Shown in pieces: positions 1 to 10,880 of a DNA stretch of 64,000 nt (position 1 is its first letter; the number at the start of each line of letters is the position of its first letter). Under the pieces are notes generated by a model, which was given only the letters and a program-made list of their open reading frames with translations, was not told the origin of the DNA and did not search any database. A program made the translations under genes and the position numbers. The DNA is from Saccharolobus solfataricus P2 (GTDB lineage Archaea > Thermoproteota > Thermoprotei_A > Sulfolobales > Sulfolobaceae). Location: the NCBI RefSeq assembly GCF_000007005.1, contig NC_002754.1; one strand, 5' to 3'.

Positions 1-524
1 GAGGAATAAGAAAGTAGACATTAGGAGGAAATTAGCTAAGCTGATCGTTAAAGAGGCTTTTGAAAGTAGGAGTGTCATAGTTTTAGAGGACTTGCCAAGG
101 AGAACTCCGGAGCATATGATAAAGGACGTGAAAGACTCTCAGCTTAGGTTGAGGATTTATAGAGCAGCATTTTCCTCAATGAAGAATGCTATTATTGAGA
201 AGGCTAGGGAGTTTGGTGTCCCCGTGGTCTTAGTTAATCCGTCTCACACTTCCACTGTTTGCCCAGTTCATGGAACTAAGATCGTTTACCAACTCGATGG
301 GGGCGATGCCCCAAGGGTTGGTGTTTGTGAGAAGGGGAAGGAAAAGTGGCATAGGGATGTAGTTGCACTGTACAACTTAGCGAGGAGAGCTGGAGATGTG
401 AGCCCCGTGCCGTTGGGCTCGAAGGAGTCCCATGACCCACCTAAAAGGTGGTTGAGGGCTAAGTCCCTACACTCGATCATGAATGATCATAAAATGATTG
501 AAATGAAAGTGTAGGGACAAACGG
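1..524 (+). mobile_element. tnpB: 3' part of IS607-family element (ISC1904/ISC1913-like) with tnpB C-terminus; right end ...GACAAACGG
   Basis: ORF 92..514 is nearly identical to the C-terminus of TnpB 45080..46312 (zinc-finger CPVH...CEK, RDVVA motif). It shares the right end GTGTAGGGACAAACGG with 46307-46322. Confidence 0.9.
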
Positions 525-573
525 GTTATTGTTCGTGTTTAGGAGTAATTATTTTAACTTATACTAGAATGAA

Positions 574-1102
574 GTGGTTGTGGAGAAGGATCTTTATAGG
601 GTTGGAGAGGATTACGTGGAGGCTAGGATAATTGAAAGCTTATCTGACCTTCTCCTATCTCTTACTCTATGGAAGGAAGGATATACTAGGAACTCTGCGG
701 AGAAAGCTTTTAGTGCGGTAAAAGCGTTATTAAGCGCTCTCATAGTAACTAATGAAGAGAAGTTAATTAATTTAGCTAAAGATGGAAAGGAAATGGATTA
801 AAAAGAAGGCCCACATAGTGCCTACACACGCCATGTACGGTTTAGCACAAGTACTAAAGGATATAGGAATTGACGTTATAAGCCTTGTGAACTATGCTCT
901 AAATCTTCACGATTATCATTATAATGGTTTTGAACCTGGCTTTAGTAGATATAGTAAAAAAGAGGAAGTATTTAGGGATTTAATTACGTTAGTAAAGGAG
1001 ACTAGGAAAGTGATAGACATTTATTACTCTAAGTACGAAGTTAAGGAAATATTGGGAAAGATTAACGAGCTAATAAAGGAATTAACAGAAGGTAATAAAT
1101 AA
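574..1102 (+). pseudogene. PaREP1/HEPN-like protein, frameshifted near 780
   Basis: ORFs 574..801 and 782..1102 overlap out of frame. Motifs EG.TRNSAEKAF.A.KALL and H...PTH.M...A are typical of PaREP1. Confidence 0.7.
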
Positions 1103-1112
1103 GAGAGTTCAG

Positions 1113-1246
1113 CCTTGAAACAGTTGCTCTGATCGCTTTATTACCCCTCCTAGCCATTAAGGAAATTTAGAAGAACTCATATTTAAATATAAGGGGGCTA
1201 TACATTCCCGCTGGCGAGGCTTTTTGCACCTTAACGCCCAATTTTT
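1113..1246 (-). mobile_element. IS200/IS605 left-end remnant with first tnpB codons ([13 protein letters not shown])
   Basis: Matches 51415-51548. TTAC precedes the left end. Confidence 0.75.
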
Positions 1247-1368
1247 GTAATTTTGAATAAATCTCAAATAAATGAAATTATTGACCATACTCTAGATTAA
1301 TATATCTGAATTTTTTTTCCTTTCTAAGTATTAAGAATCTTATACGTTTTATAATATATCTTTTCATT

Positions 1369-2631
1369 TTAAGTTCTATACCATTGTTCTAGCTTTTTGA
1401 GATCTATAAACTCAGCCTCTTCATTAGTTTTTGAAAAGCTTTTTGCAAATATTATGTATTTTTTAACGTCTAGTCCTAAATCTTCAACTTTTCTTTTTAA
1501 TTCGTAAAGTACTTTCTCCCCATTTATTCCTTCACTCCACTTACATTCACCAGCTATTCCATCTCCATATATATCTATTTCCACATCCTTAAACCAGAGC
1601 CTTTCTACCTTAACCTTATATACGTCCTCCACGTACTCTCTAGCTATTTTCTCAAAAATTCTCCCTAAGTATACGTTATACTCGTCCTCTTTTATCTCAT
1701 AAATTCCTTCCTCTATTAAGCTTAAGTTTGGATAAATGAATGTGAACCAGAACAGTGTAAAATTATCCTTAATATAATACCTAGCACCCTTCTTCATCTT
1801 ATAGGGGAACTCCTTTCCTATTATTCCTATTTTCTCAAGTTTATTTAAATATGAAGAAACGTCTCCACTTATTCTAACAAAGTCCTTTATTTCCCCTAAC
1901 GTATTTTTGCCAGAAGAAATTGCGTGCAATATTTCCTTATACGTACCAATCTCAGAAAACTCGTATCTTAACATAAAGTCTATCTCATCTTTTATAAAAG
2001 AGTCAACTTCTTTTAATTCTGCATTGATCCACTTTAAGAATGGAGTTTTAGCCTTTGTGAGGTAAAAAGGCACTCCACCGGCAAAACCGTAAACGTGTAT
2101 CGCATCAATTAGAGAGAAATTAAATCCTTTCAGATCTTTAAATTTGAGCTCTTTTAATTCGATAGACGCAGTCCTCCTACCGTAAAGAGGGCTTTTATAG
2201 GATATTGCGTCTTCCATCATGGAAATGGAAGAGCCAAGTAAAATTAGCTTAGTTTTACTACCTTTTAGAGTCTCATCAACAATTTTTTGGAAGGTTGATA
2301 ATATGCTCTCATCCTCTTTTATCATATACGGAAATTCATCTATTATGATAATCTTATCTCTCAAATAGTGAAAAATTGCCTCCCAATCTTCCTTTACGTA
2401 TTTTATGTCTTCGTATTTACTTTCCGTCAATTCCTTGAATTTTCTTAAATTGTTTTTTTCTGTAGCTAAATAATATATGAAATCATAACCATTAACAGCG
2501 TTTATGATGAGGAAAGTCTTTCCTATTCTTCTCCTTCCGTAAATTATTATAAGCTCTAAATCATTTGATGAAAGCCTTTTCTTCAAGGCTTGTAACTCTC
2601 TTTCTCTATTTACCATATTCATAAATATCAT
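1369..2631 (-). CDS. Archaeal AAA+ ATPase (ATPase_2 + DUF234-type C-terminus)
   Basis: Walker A GRRRIGKT, Walker B IIIDEFP, SPLYGR motif, C-terminal EIDI...GECKW. Confidence 0.85.
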   Translation of the reverse strand: MIFMNMVNRERELQALKKRLSSNDLELIIIYGRRRIGKTFLIINAVNGYDFIYYLATEKNNLRKFKELTESKYEDIKYVKEDWEAIFHYLRDKIIIIDEFPYMIKEDESILSTFQKIVDETLKGSKTKLILLGSSISMMEDAISYKSPLYGRRTASIELKELKFKDLKGFNFSLIDAIHVYGFAGGVPFYLTKAKTPFLKWINAELKEVDSFIKDEIDFMLRYEFSEIGTYKEILHAISSGKNTLGEIKDFVRISGDVSSYLNKLEKIGIIGKEFPYKMKKGARYYIKDNFTLFWFTFIYPNLSLIEEGIYEIKEDEYNVYLGRIFEKIAREYVEDVYKVKVERLWFKDVEIDIYGDGIAGECKWSEGINGEKVLYELKRKVEDLGLDVKKYIIFAKSFSKTNEEAEFIDLKKLEQWYRT

Positions 2632-2903
2632 ATTCTAAAATATGATATTTAAAATTATGCTTAACGTCTAAGAATAGTAAATGAACAGTAGTTCACGGAA
2701 ATTTCCTTACCATAAAAAATTATAATATTCGCTCATGAGGGGTCATTCATGCATCCTTTGCGAATTCAGTTTATTTAAAGAATCGTAATGAATTTAATCA
2801 AATACCACCCCACTGACTAGGTGGAGATCCACGCTCAGCAGTTTACTTTGTTATAGTCTTTTTCATAATAGCTGCAACGGGGGCTAAAAGGGAGTTAAAT
2901 CTA

Positions 2904-3916
2904 GTGTTAGTAATGGAAGCTGTTGGGCTGAGTGTGCTAAGGACCTTAAAAAGGGAGATAAGGAAGCTAATTAGCAAGAAGCCCAAGAACCTAAACGAGA
3001 CAAAAGCTAGGGCAATACTACTACACTTGGAAGGAATGAAAATTAGCGAAATAGCTAAAATACTACAAGTTCACAAAAGCACAGTATATAGATGGATCAA
3101 CGAATTCGAAAAGGAGGGAGAAAAATGCCTATTCTACAAGCAAAGAAAAGGAAGAAAAAAGAAGGTAAACGAGAGGGAAATAAAGGTAGAAGAAATACAA
3201 GGAAAAACCATATGGGAAGCAAAAACATAGAGGAGAAGTTCAACGTGAAGATAAGCTACAGCTTGGAGAATAGCGAGAAAAAGACTGAAAATACCCTACA
3301 TAAAACCCTACAAGATCAACAAGAAGAGACCAATAGATGCTGACTTAGGGAGAGGTTGAAGGGCGTTATTAAGAAGGGCGTAAAAGTGTTTTTCATGGAC
3401 GAGTCTGGTATTAGTCATGATCCGTCTAGGGTTTGTATGTTGTTAGGGCTGATTATCCAAGTGTTAATATTCTAGCTTGTATTCCCTTGTTTGATGGTAA
3501 GCCTTGTTTTATGCTCATAATGTTGATTTTAGGGTTTTCGCTGATTTTCTTTACTTGCTTAGGGTTAGGAATTCTGGTAATGTCGTGTTGATTCTTGATA
3601 ATGCTAGCTTTCACAAGTCTTCTTATGTTCTCGCTACTGCTTCTAGGCTTAACATTAATTTGCTCTTCTTGCCTCCCTATTCCTTGGATTTGAATCGTAT
3701 TGAGTTTGGAAGGATTTGAAGCGTTGGGTTAATACTTATTATAACTTGGATTATGTTCTGGAGTTTATTGAGGATGAATTCTATTATTTGGTTTTTCAAG
3801 GTAATTACACTGGTTATTGGATTAACAAGTTTCACGATGTGCTTGAGGACCCTGAGGAAGATAGAAGTGGGGAGAAATTTTCTTCTATTTTGTTTATTAT
3901 CTATTATCAAGTTTAA
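2904..3916 (+). mobile_element. IS630-family transposase, fragmented pseudogene
   Basis: HTH fragment (VHKSTVYRWINEF), F.DES-like stretch near 3390, ILDNASFH and LPPYS.DLN.IE motifs spread over several frames. Confidence 0.8.
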
Positions 3917-4012
3917 TTTCACAATAATATAAGCTTTTCCCAATGTTTTTCTATATTTTGTTTTAAGAAAAGTATAAGCTCGTTGCATCTATTATGAAAA
4001 AGAACTCTGGTA

Positions 4013-4423
4013 CTATAACTCAGAAACAGATATCTTAACAATTTTTTCTATGAGATCCCTCTTTTTCAATATGTCCTTATCGAAAGTGATAAAAGATTTC
4101 GCATTAAGTAATAGAGCTGAAGATATCTGAAGAACATCTAGTGTCTTTAGTTGCAATTTAGTGGAGAGCTCTAATGACTTTCTAAATAGCCTGTTCATAT
4201 CTAGTTCGACAACCTTAACGTTACTGACTTTAAGTGCGTATTTTGTTGAGGCTTCTGCCAGAATTTCGTCCTTTAACTTTCTTGAGAAAAAGGAATACAG
4301 TTCTAGTACTGTAACCTCTGATGTCATTAGATCGTTAATTTCCCTAATTTTTAAGGCCTTGTTATAGTTCACATCTTGTTCCACAAAAGAAATTATGACG
4401 TTAGTATCAACAAATATGCTCAT
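4013..4423 (-). CDS. vapC: PIN-domain toxin VapC
   Basis: N-terminal IFVDTNVII, TLDVLQ, FITFDK; overlaps the upstream antitoxin. Confidence 0.85.
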   Translation of the reverse strand: MSIFVDTNVIISFVEQDVNYNKALKIREINDLMTSEVTVLELYSFFSRKLKDEILAEASTKYALKVSNVKVVELDMNRLFRKSLELSTKLQLKTLDVLQISSALLLNAKSFITFDKDILKKRDLIEKIVKISVSEL

Positions 4424-4665
4424 ACTCTTTCTTCCCTTAAATCTGAAGTGTCTAAACCCTTATACGGGAAACCGTCCTTAAGCCACTTATTTATCAGTTC
4501 CTCAACTTTCTCCTCTTTGTTTATCCATTTCTCGATCTCATTTCTACCATACTCTATTAGCAAGTTTACGGCCTCGTTTTTGGTTTTAGCAATGCCTAAA
4601 CTTATCATCTTTTCTATTAATTCTGAAATACGCTTGTCCACTTTAATCGTTATTACTACTGACAT
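4420..4665 (-). CDS. vapB: VapB-type antitoxin
   Basis: 81 aa RHH-like protein (VITIKVDK) overlapping vapC by 4 nt. Confidence 0.75.
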   Translation of the reverse strand: MSVVITIKVDKRISELIEKMISLGIAKTKNEAVNLLIEYGRNEIEKWINKEEKVEELINKWLKDGFPYKGLDTSDLREERV

Positions 4666-4891
4666 ATAATATATTATATAGGTATACCAATATAAGTTTT
4701 TGTCTAACTAGCTACTTTGTTGATATCTTCAATTTATTTCATAAGTATGATACAACGTAAGGAGAATTTTTCAGTAATTAATATTTATTTCAACGTTATT
4801 ATCAAACTCATACCCCTCTACCCGGTAGCCCCAGCCTCTCTCTCACTCTTAAGCGAATAACCGTAAGCTACAATCAAGTTACTACCTAAGT

Positions 4892-5682
4892 CACTTTCAA
4901 CTGAGAAAGACCTTTTGCTCAAGGTCGATAAAGTATTTCCATGGGAAACGTTTAGGGGTAAACTTGAGTCACCTTACTCCAAGAAACCCAAGTGGGACGT
5001 TATATTACTCCTCAAAGTCCTATTAATCAAGTTCGTCTACGAAATCTCTTGGTTAGAGGGAGAAATTAGGGATAGCAAAATGTTTATGAAATTCTTAGGT
5101 GGGAAAGTCCACCAAAAAAGCATTCTTCTTCTACAAGAAACAGTTGTTGATGAGGGGGAGAGAATGTGGACAACTCTAATGACTCAACAAGGCCTTAGAC
5201 AAGGTGATTAACGAGTATAGGGAGAAGGGTTTCGAACTTGGGGTAGGAAGAGAAAAAACGACAAATTCGAGAACTATTACATAATTGATACATTCTTCCG
5301 CGAGGGAAAGAGGAGTTTTCAAACCGGTCTAGAGAAGATCTCACTTGACCTTGATGAGATGAAATTTAACGACGATTTTCTCCTCATGAGTTATAGTGTT
5401 TCTAAGCTCAAGTACTTTACAAGCTTTAGTATAAGGGTGGTTGGGGTAGGAAGCATGGTAAGTCATACTTTGGTTTTAAGGTTTGTTGAAAGGAGGACTA
5501 ATTTTGTTTAAGGTTGGGTTGGCTAATTTGAGTGATTTGGCCTTTTCCTTTGATGGTTTTAAGCTCTTGGCTGATAGGGCTTCTAGGAAGAACATCTTGG
5601 TTAAGGGCGTTAGTTCTGCTAGGCTTCCGGTTGAGGGATCAAGATTAGGGAAGGTAAGGCTTCAACAACGACTTTGAAGGGT
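4892..5682 (+). mobile_element. Degenerate IS5-family transposase fragment (duplicate of 19687-20491)
   Basis: KVDKVFPWETFRGKL...LLLKVLLIK..Y IS5-like N-terminus; many stops; near-identical second copy. Confidence 0.65.
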
Positions 5683-6081
5683 GCTGTGATAGAGGTCTTC
5701 TTCCTCAACCTCTATCGCAATCTTGAAGTACTCTTAACGAGGATTGGGACAAGGGTAGGGTTAATTAACAAATTTCGCTTACTAGTTTTAGTTGTGAGTA
5801 TAACAAATTTTATTGGAAAATTATACAATTATTTGTATAATACTTGTTAATATATATTATATAATCTTTTCTAGTTGAATATAATGAATAATTTTATAGC
5901 AAGAAATATTATATTCAAGATAATTTTTCAATTTTGCTCAAGCTTGATAACGTCACGTGAAAAAAATCGTAAAAAGCAACTAACGGTTGAAATAAAGAAG
6001 AACTGAGAAGTTAAACTCAATAGACAAGAATGTCGAATTTTTGTGAAAATCTTTATTAATGTCTACGGCTAATAGACACGT

Positions 6082-6306
6082 ATGTCTACAGTGATAAGCG
6101 TGAGGATAAAGAAGGAGATAAAGGAGGAATTAGAAAAACATGGAGTAGACATTGATCAAGAGGTAAGAAAATTTTTAGAGGAACTTTACCTAAAGGTTAA
6201 GGCTAAAGAATACATAAATAAATGGATTGAAGACCTTAAGGACGTTAAACCTAGTGAGGAAGGGTTCTCATCAAATTCCGTGAGGGAAGATCGTGAGAGT
6301 CATTGA
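6082..6306 (+). CDS. vapB: VapB antitoxin
   Basis: MSTVISVRIKKEIKEEL RHH signature, ends VREDRESH overlapping vapC. Confidence 0.85.
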   Translation: MSTVISVRIKKEIKEELEKHGVDIDQEVRKFLEELYLKVKAKEYINKWIEDLKDVKPSEEGFSSNSVREDRESH

Positions 6307-6688
6307 CTCTTCTTCTTTAGTAAAATTTTTCTCTAAAGAGAAGGGTTGGGAAAAGGTTGTGGAAATTATATCTGAAGGAGTGATGACCTTGGACTTATCG
6401 ATTAAGGAAGTTGCTAACTCCTTGTGGAAAAAGATCCTTTTAGGCGAAATGAAAGAGGACGTCGTAATTAAAATACTTTCTGACTTATTAAAAAGAGAGG
6501 CTCTATTGATTGTAAGCCAAGATGAATACTTGATTGAGGCATTTAAGATCGCTAATAGGAATAAAATAACTGTTTATGACTCCTTGTTCATCGCATTAGC
6601 TAAGTCGAATAACCTTGAGTTAGTAACGTCTGATAAAAAGCAGTACGAAGTTGCGATAAAAGAAGGAGTTAATACGCGATTAATATAA
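6293..6688 (+). CDS. vapC: PIN-domain toxin VapC
   Basis: VIDSSSL, YDSLFIALA, LVTSD motifs. Confidence 0.9.
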   Translation: MRVIDSSSLVKFFSKEKGWEKVVEIISEGVMTLDLSIKEVANSLWKKILLGEMKEDVVIKILSDLLKREALLIVSQDEYLIEAFKIANRNKITVYDSLFIALAKSNNLELVTSDKKQYEVAIKEGVNTRLI

Positions 6689-6790
6689 GGACTAAAAAAG
6701 GCAGTCCTTTTCCACTTACTTAGCTTGTTTAAGTTGAAATTATCGAGCACTTTATTTATGTCAATTTACCTCTTGTAGGCGAAATTATTA

Positions 6791-6985
6791 CTAAGTCTTT
6801 AATGTTAAATTTCTCCTTAACTTTAGGCCACGCTTTAAATACTCCTCACCCTCAGCCATATACTTCTCAGCCAATTCAATTCTTAACTTAATGCTCTCTT
6901 TAGGGTCAATGCGGGACAAAGCTGAAAGTATTAACTCCTCGACGTCAATGCCTTTTTCCTCAGTCCTCTTTATTAACTCCTCCAT
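6791..6985 (-). pseudogene. Truncated PaREP1-like N-terminus
   Basis: GIDVEELILSAL..DP.E...LR.ELA.KY..E..E.L..G, then abrupt end. Confidence 0.6.
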
Positions 6986-7034
6986 AAGTTAAACTCTCCC
7001 AAAGAGATTAAAAACTGCAGAATATCAAATTTAC

Positions 7035-7485
7035 AGAAGAAGGGAGTTCAAAGAGGCGGAAAGTCCCCTTATACTTAAATACTTCTTTTGCTGAAATTCT
7101 CTTAGTAACCTCTTAGTAACATTAAAGATGCTCTTTCCCAACTCTATGGGACTGTTGAAGGGTAATTAGAATCTCTTCCTATGGGAACTACTAATCTTAG
7201 CCAAAACCTTCTTAATTGACATACTAATAACTACTCTCGTCTAAGAAGAATACCAGTTTTACTTTCAATTCTTTTTAAGAGTCTTCCAATTTTCCCTTTC
7301 AGCTTGAACGTTTGTTGGTCTAGGAGTATTATACAGTACTATCGAGGAAGTTGGTTAATTATTCTCCTCCCTCACATAATGGTTTTTACGCTGTTGGTGA
7401 GACAAGGGTTAGGTTGGTTAATAATGTACTTTATTGGCAAAACGGGCGACAAGCCTCGCCCCTTCTAGGGGCAGGGTAAAAGTTT
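7035..7485 (+). mobile_element. Degenerate non-autonomous IS200/IS605 derivative
   Basis: TTAC at 7031-7034, left-end-like GGCGGAAAGTCCCCTTATACTTAAATACTTC, right-end-like CCTCGCCCCTTCTAGGGGCAGGG; no intact ORF. Confidence 0.55.
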
Positions 7486-7499
7486 TTAAATTTTCAATT

Positions 7500-8006
7500 C
7501 GCTTTTTCCATCATATGTATACATATTTAATAAAAAATTAAAGAAAAATTATAATATTCCACACTTTTTATAATGAATTCCACGTTAGACTGAAAATTGC
7601 TATAATTTATTAAGATTAAATTAATAAAATTATTATTTATATTGAAAATTCATATAAGATATTTTATATTTACTAAAAGATTTTTATCATTTGTATTTTC
7701 TTATGCTAAAACTATCCCTTTAAAATCCAGTAAAAATACGATTATTAAGAATAGACGAAAATCTTGTAAATGATTACATTTCTCTTAAAGAAAATATAGG
7801 GAAAGAGTTCCCCCGTATACAATCGTTGTTTTCCTTATTCGCTAATTCGTTTTGGGCTAGGTTGTTATCCTAAATTCATTATCTTTATGAAGAATTCGTT
7901 AAAATCCCGGGAAAACCCGGGAATAGTAAAAAAGAGAACAAAAATAATAATAATACTAATGAAAGAAGGGAGAAGAAAAGATAAAATAGAGGGTTTAAAA
8001 TCCTAA
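7500..8006 (+). promoter_or_regulatory. AT-rich CRISPR leader region
   Basis: ORF-free, very AT-rich stretch immediately 5' of the first repeat; left boundary approximate. Confidence 0.6.
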
Positions 8007-8417
8007 GATAATCTACTATAGAATTGAAAGATACTGCAAGCGAATTGGCGGAAAATTGGCAGCGACGTGGATAATCTACTATAGAATTGAAAGTTATCTA
8101 ATTTTAATAATCAAGGAAATTCATTAACTCAAATAGATAATCTACTATAGAATTGAAAGCCCATTCATCTCTTTCTTTGCAGCTTTGTTCTAACATTAGA
8201 TAATCTACTATAGAATTGAAAGTGGTAAATAGCTCTGTTAGGCCCAGTTATTCCATATTCTGAGATAATCTACTATAGAATTGAAAGATTTTCTAATATA
8301 TCTAATTCACTCTGCGTATCATTATGGATAAGATAATCTACTATAGAATTGAAAGTTAGCCCAACAATTAACTAAAGATCCTGAAGCAGTCAAGATAATC
8401 TACTATAGAATTGAAAG
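8007..8417 (+). CRISPR. CRISPR array, 7 identical 24-bp repeats GATAATCTACTATAGAATTGAAAG, 6 spacers (38-44 bp)
   Basis: Repeats start at 8007, 8070, 8136, 8199, 8264, 8332 and 8394; no adjacent cas genes. Confidence 0.98.
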
Positions 8418-8695
8418 AAATTTATCAAGTCGAAGATTGCACTAGAGTCAAAAGGTATCATTTCTTTCTTTCCTTCATTTCTTTAACTCTCCGACTACTT
8501 CATCAGTATTGATTTTTACTATCTCTTTAGATGCTAAATCCAATAATCTTCTTGCTTGCTCTTCTTCCTTCTTTCTAACTTCTTCTTCCAAATCCTTTCT
8601 TAAAACCTCACTTACATTAATCTTATATTCTTTTGCTTTTTCTAACATTTCTCTCCTAACCTTTGTCGAGGCAGCAACCCGTTCGCCTATAATGA
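8418..8695 (-). pseudogene. Relic vapB (8475-~8695) and truncated vapC start (8418-8461)
   Basis: Minus-strand translation ...ASTKVRREMLEKAKEYKINVSEVLRKDLEEEVRKKE... resembles VapB 48480..48704; followed by MIPFDSSAIFDLIN (PIN beta-1 motif). Confidence 0.7.
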
Positions 8696-9028
8696 CCTTC
8701 TTGAATTATAAGGTAATAAATATTCTGTAGTAGAATGTTTTCTACCTTATGCTTTCTAGGCTTAAAATTTAAATTCTTTAGGATGATAGATATTAATTGT
8801 GGAATGATTTCGAGGCTTAGACTAACCATAAAAGAAACCTCATAATCTTTGTACATAACGTTTGTTAAACTGTATTTAGCCTTTACATTTCTAGGTTTTT
8901 CTGCATGAGTATCTTTAAAGAAGTAGTTTTGTATTATGCTAATAATTTTAAAGCAAATATAGAATAAGATAACTGCATAAGAACACTCTAAAATGCAGAG
9001 CCAACAGTATGTATTGCTATAGAGTAGC

Positions 9029-9559
9029 TTAATTAAAGACGTCTGCCTTTTCTAAGGGCGGGCACTGTGAGTCCTTATCGCTTATAATAAATTCCTTTAT
9101 TGGCCAGTCTACATAAGAGTAATTTACGCATCTCTCGTCAGATTTAGAGTATTCGTTATGGGTTAGGAAGTAGACTACTATTGAATCTTCTAATGCTTGA
9201 AATCCATGGGCAAAACCCGGAGGTATCCATAGTATGTAGTGGTTCTCATCGTTAAGCTCAACTTTAACGTATTTCCCGAAAGTAGGGGATGATTTTCTTA
9301 GGTCTAAAGCAACATCCAATATTTTACCTTTAGGAACAAATACTAACTTACCTTGTTCCTTGGGAGTTATCTGATAGTGTAGACCTCTAACTACTCCTTT
9401 AAAAGAGAATGACATATTAGTTTGTACGATATTAGGAATTTCTGCTTTAGTGAAGTCTTCAGATTTAAATACTTCAAGAAAGAAGCCTCTTTTATCTGGG
9501 AAGACTTTCGGCTTTATGAGGACAATACCCATTCCTAAGTTTTCAAATTCAAACGGCAT
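9029..9559 (-). CDS. rfbC: dTDP-4-dehydrorhamnose 3,5-epimerase
   Basis: FPDKRGFFLE, GVVRGLHYQ, DLRKSSPTFGK, WIPPGFAHGF. Confidence 0.95.
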   Translation of the reverse strand: MPFEFENLGMGIVLIKPKVFPDKRGFFLEVFKSEDFTKAEIPNIVQTNMSFSFKGVVRGLHYQITPKEQGKLVFVPKGKILDVALDLRKSSPTFGKYVKVELNDENHYILWIPPGFAHGFQALEDSIVVYFLTHNEYSKSDERCVNYSYVDWPIKEFIISDKDSQCPPLEKADVFN

Positions 9560-9648
9560 ATGATTATATTATACACGATCTATAAAGAGCTATCTGAATG
9601 ATTACGGGCTATCCATCCCTTAAGGAAGGAGGACTTTCATCCCCTTAA

Positions 9649-10880
9649 CCTATACAGGTTTTATTAGTCGGGTAGAGTAATACTCTCCTCGACTGGGGAA
9701 ACATGGTCGAGACACTATCTGAAGCAAAGTCTTCGGCTACGGGCGTGACTAACCCCTACCGTCGGACTGAACATTGTGATAAAATTCACGAATATAGGTG
9801 TGACAAAGGGGTAGGGGTAATAGGAATAGACGTATCAAAAGATTATTTAATAACTAGTAGGGGGAGGGTGAGAAAATACGAGAACAACAAAGAGGGATAT
9901 GAAGAGATACTTGAAATGAAACCTTGTACAATAGTCCTAGAACCTATGGGAGTTTACGCAATAAGGCCTTCACAATACTTCAAGGAGAAAGGAATAAAAG
10001 TACTACAGGTTAGTCCAAACATGTTATCAAGAGAAAAGGAGTTTAGGGGAAAGAAAACAGATTTTTACGATGCTGAAAAAATAGAAAACATGGTTGATAA
10101 GGCAAAGGAGTACGAGTATAACCCCTTAAGAGAACTAGTAACACTTTACCTCTTCCTCAAGGACATAGAAGTAAAGTACAAGAACAGGTTAGAGAGAACA
10201 CTATTCCTAGTAAGCGACAACAACAAGATAAGCAAGGAAAGGTTAGAAAAACTCGCAAAAGGAGATTTTACACAAGAAGAACTATACCAACTAGAATACA
10301 CACCAATAGTAGTTGAAGAAATCAAAGTCCTAGCAAAAACACTCCTAGAAACGCAAGAGAAATTGAAAGAAGTTAGGAGGATGATCGAGGAACAAGTACC
10401 GGATAATCACGTTTTATTAACAATCCCGGGAATTGGGAGGCTTGCAGCTGGTATTATTATTGGTATTGTTGGTGATATTAGGCGTTTTCCTAAACCAGAA
10501 TCATTTGTTGCCTATTGTGGTCTAGATCCCGTAGTGGAGAGGAGCGGGAAGGCTGTGGTAAGTAAGGGTATTTCGAAGAGGGGTAATAAGTACTTGCGTA
10601 GTTTGCTTTACTTCTTGGCAGGGAGGAATTATTCTAGGAATCCTAATTTGCTGAAGTTTTATGAGACACACAAGGATAGGCTTCACGGTAGGAAGTTGTA
10701 TGCTGCTTTGGCTAGGAAGTTGGCAAGGGTTGTATGGAGTGTATGGTATAATAATAAGCCTTATGAGCCTAAATAGGTGAACCCTTCCCCTTAATCGCCA
10801 CCTGGGTTGAAAGGACCCACGTGGCAATGTTAGCTAATACTATGCTTGAAGTTTGACCGAAAGGTTTATTACTGAACGCC
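9649..10880 (+). mobile_element. IS110-family element (~1230 bp, ISC1229-like), transposase ORF 9703..10776
   Basis: DEDD N-terminal GIDVSKD, C-terminal YCGLDP...SG...ISKRGN; no TIRs; CC core at both junctions (9649-50, 10879-80). Confidence 0.9.
9664..9800 (+). ncRNA. Putative bridge RNA of IS110 copy at 9.65 kb
   Basis: Same scaffold as 25878-26013. Donor guide ACTGAAC matches own right end 10871-77; target guides differ from the other copy. Confidence 0.65.

Noticed and set aside
8224-8235. Spacer 4 shares GGTAAATAGCTC with celS (32967-78): possible self-targeting
   Set aside because: Only 12 nt match and the rest of the spacer diverges; compatible with chance.
8418-8461. Seventh spacer followed by a degenerate repeat
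   Set aside because: No repeat-like sequence follows; it translates as a vapC start on the minus strand.
8509-8856. ORFs 8509..8730 (+) and 8656..8856 (-) as real or cas genes
   Set aside because: Shadow or off-frame readings of the vapB relic; no Cas motifs.
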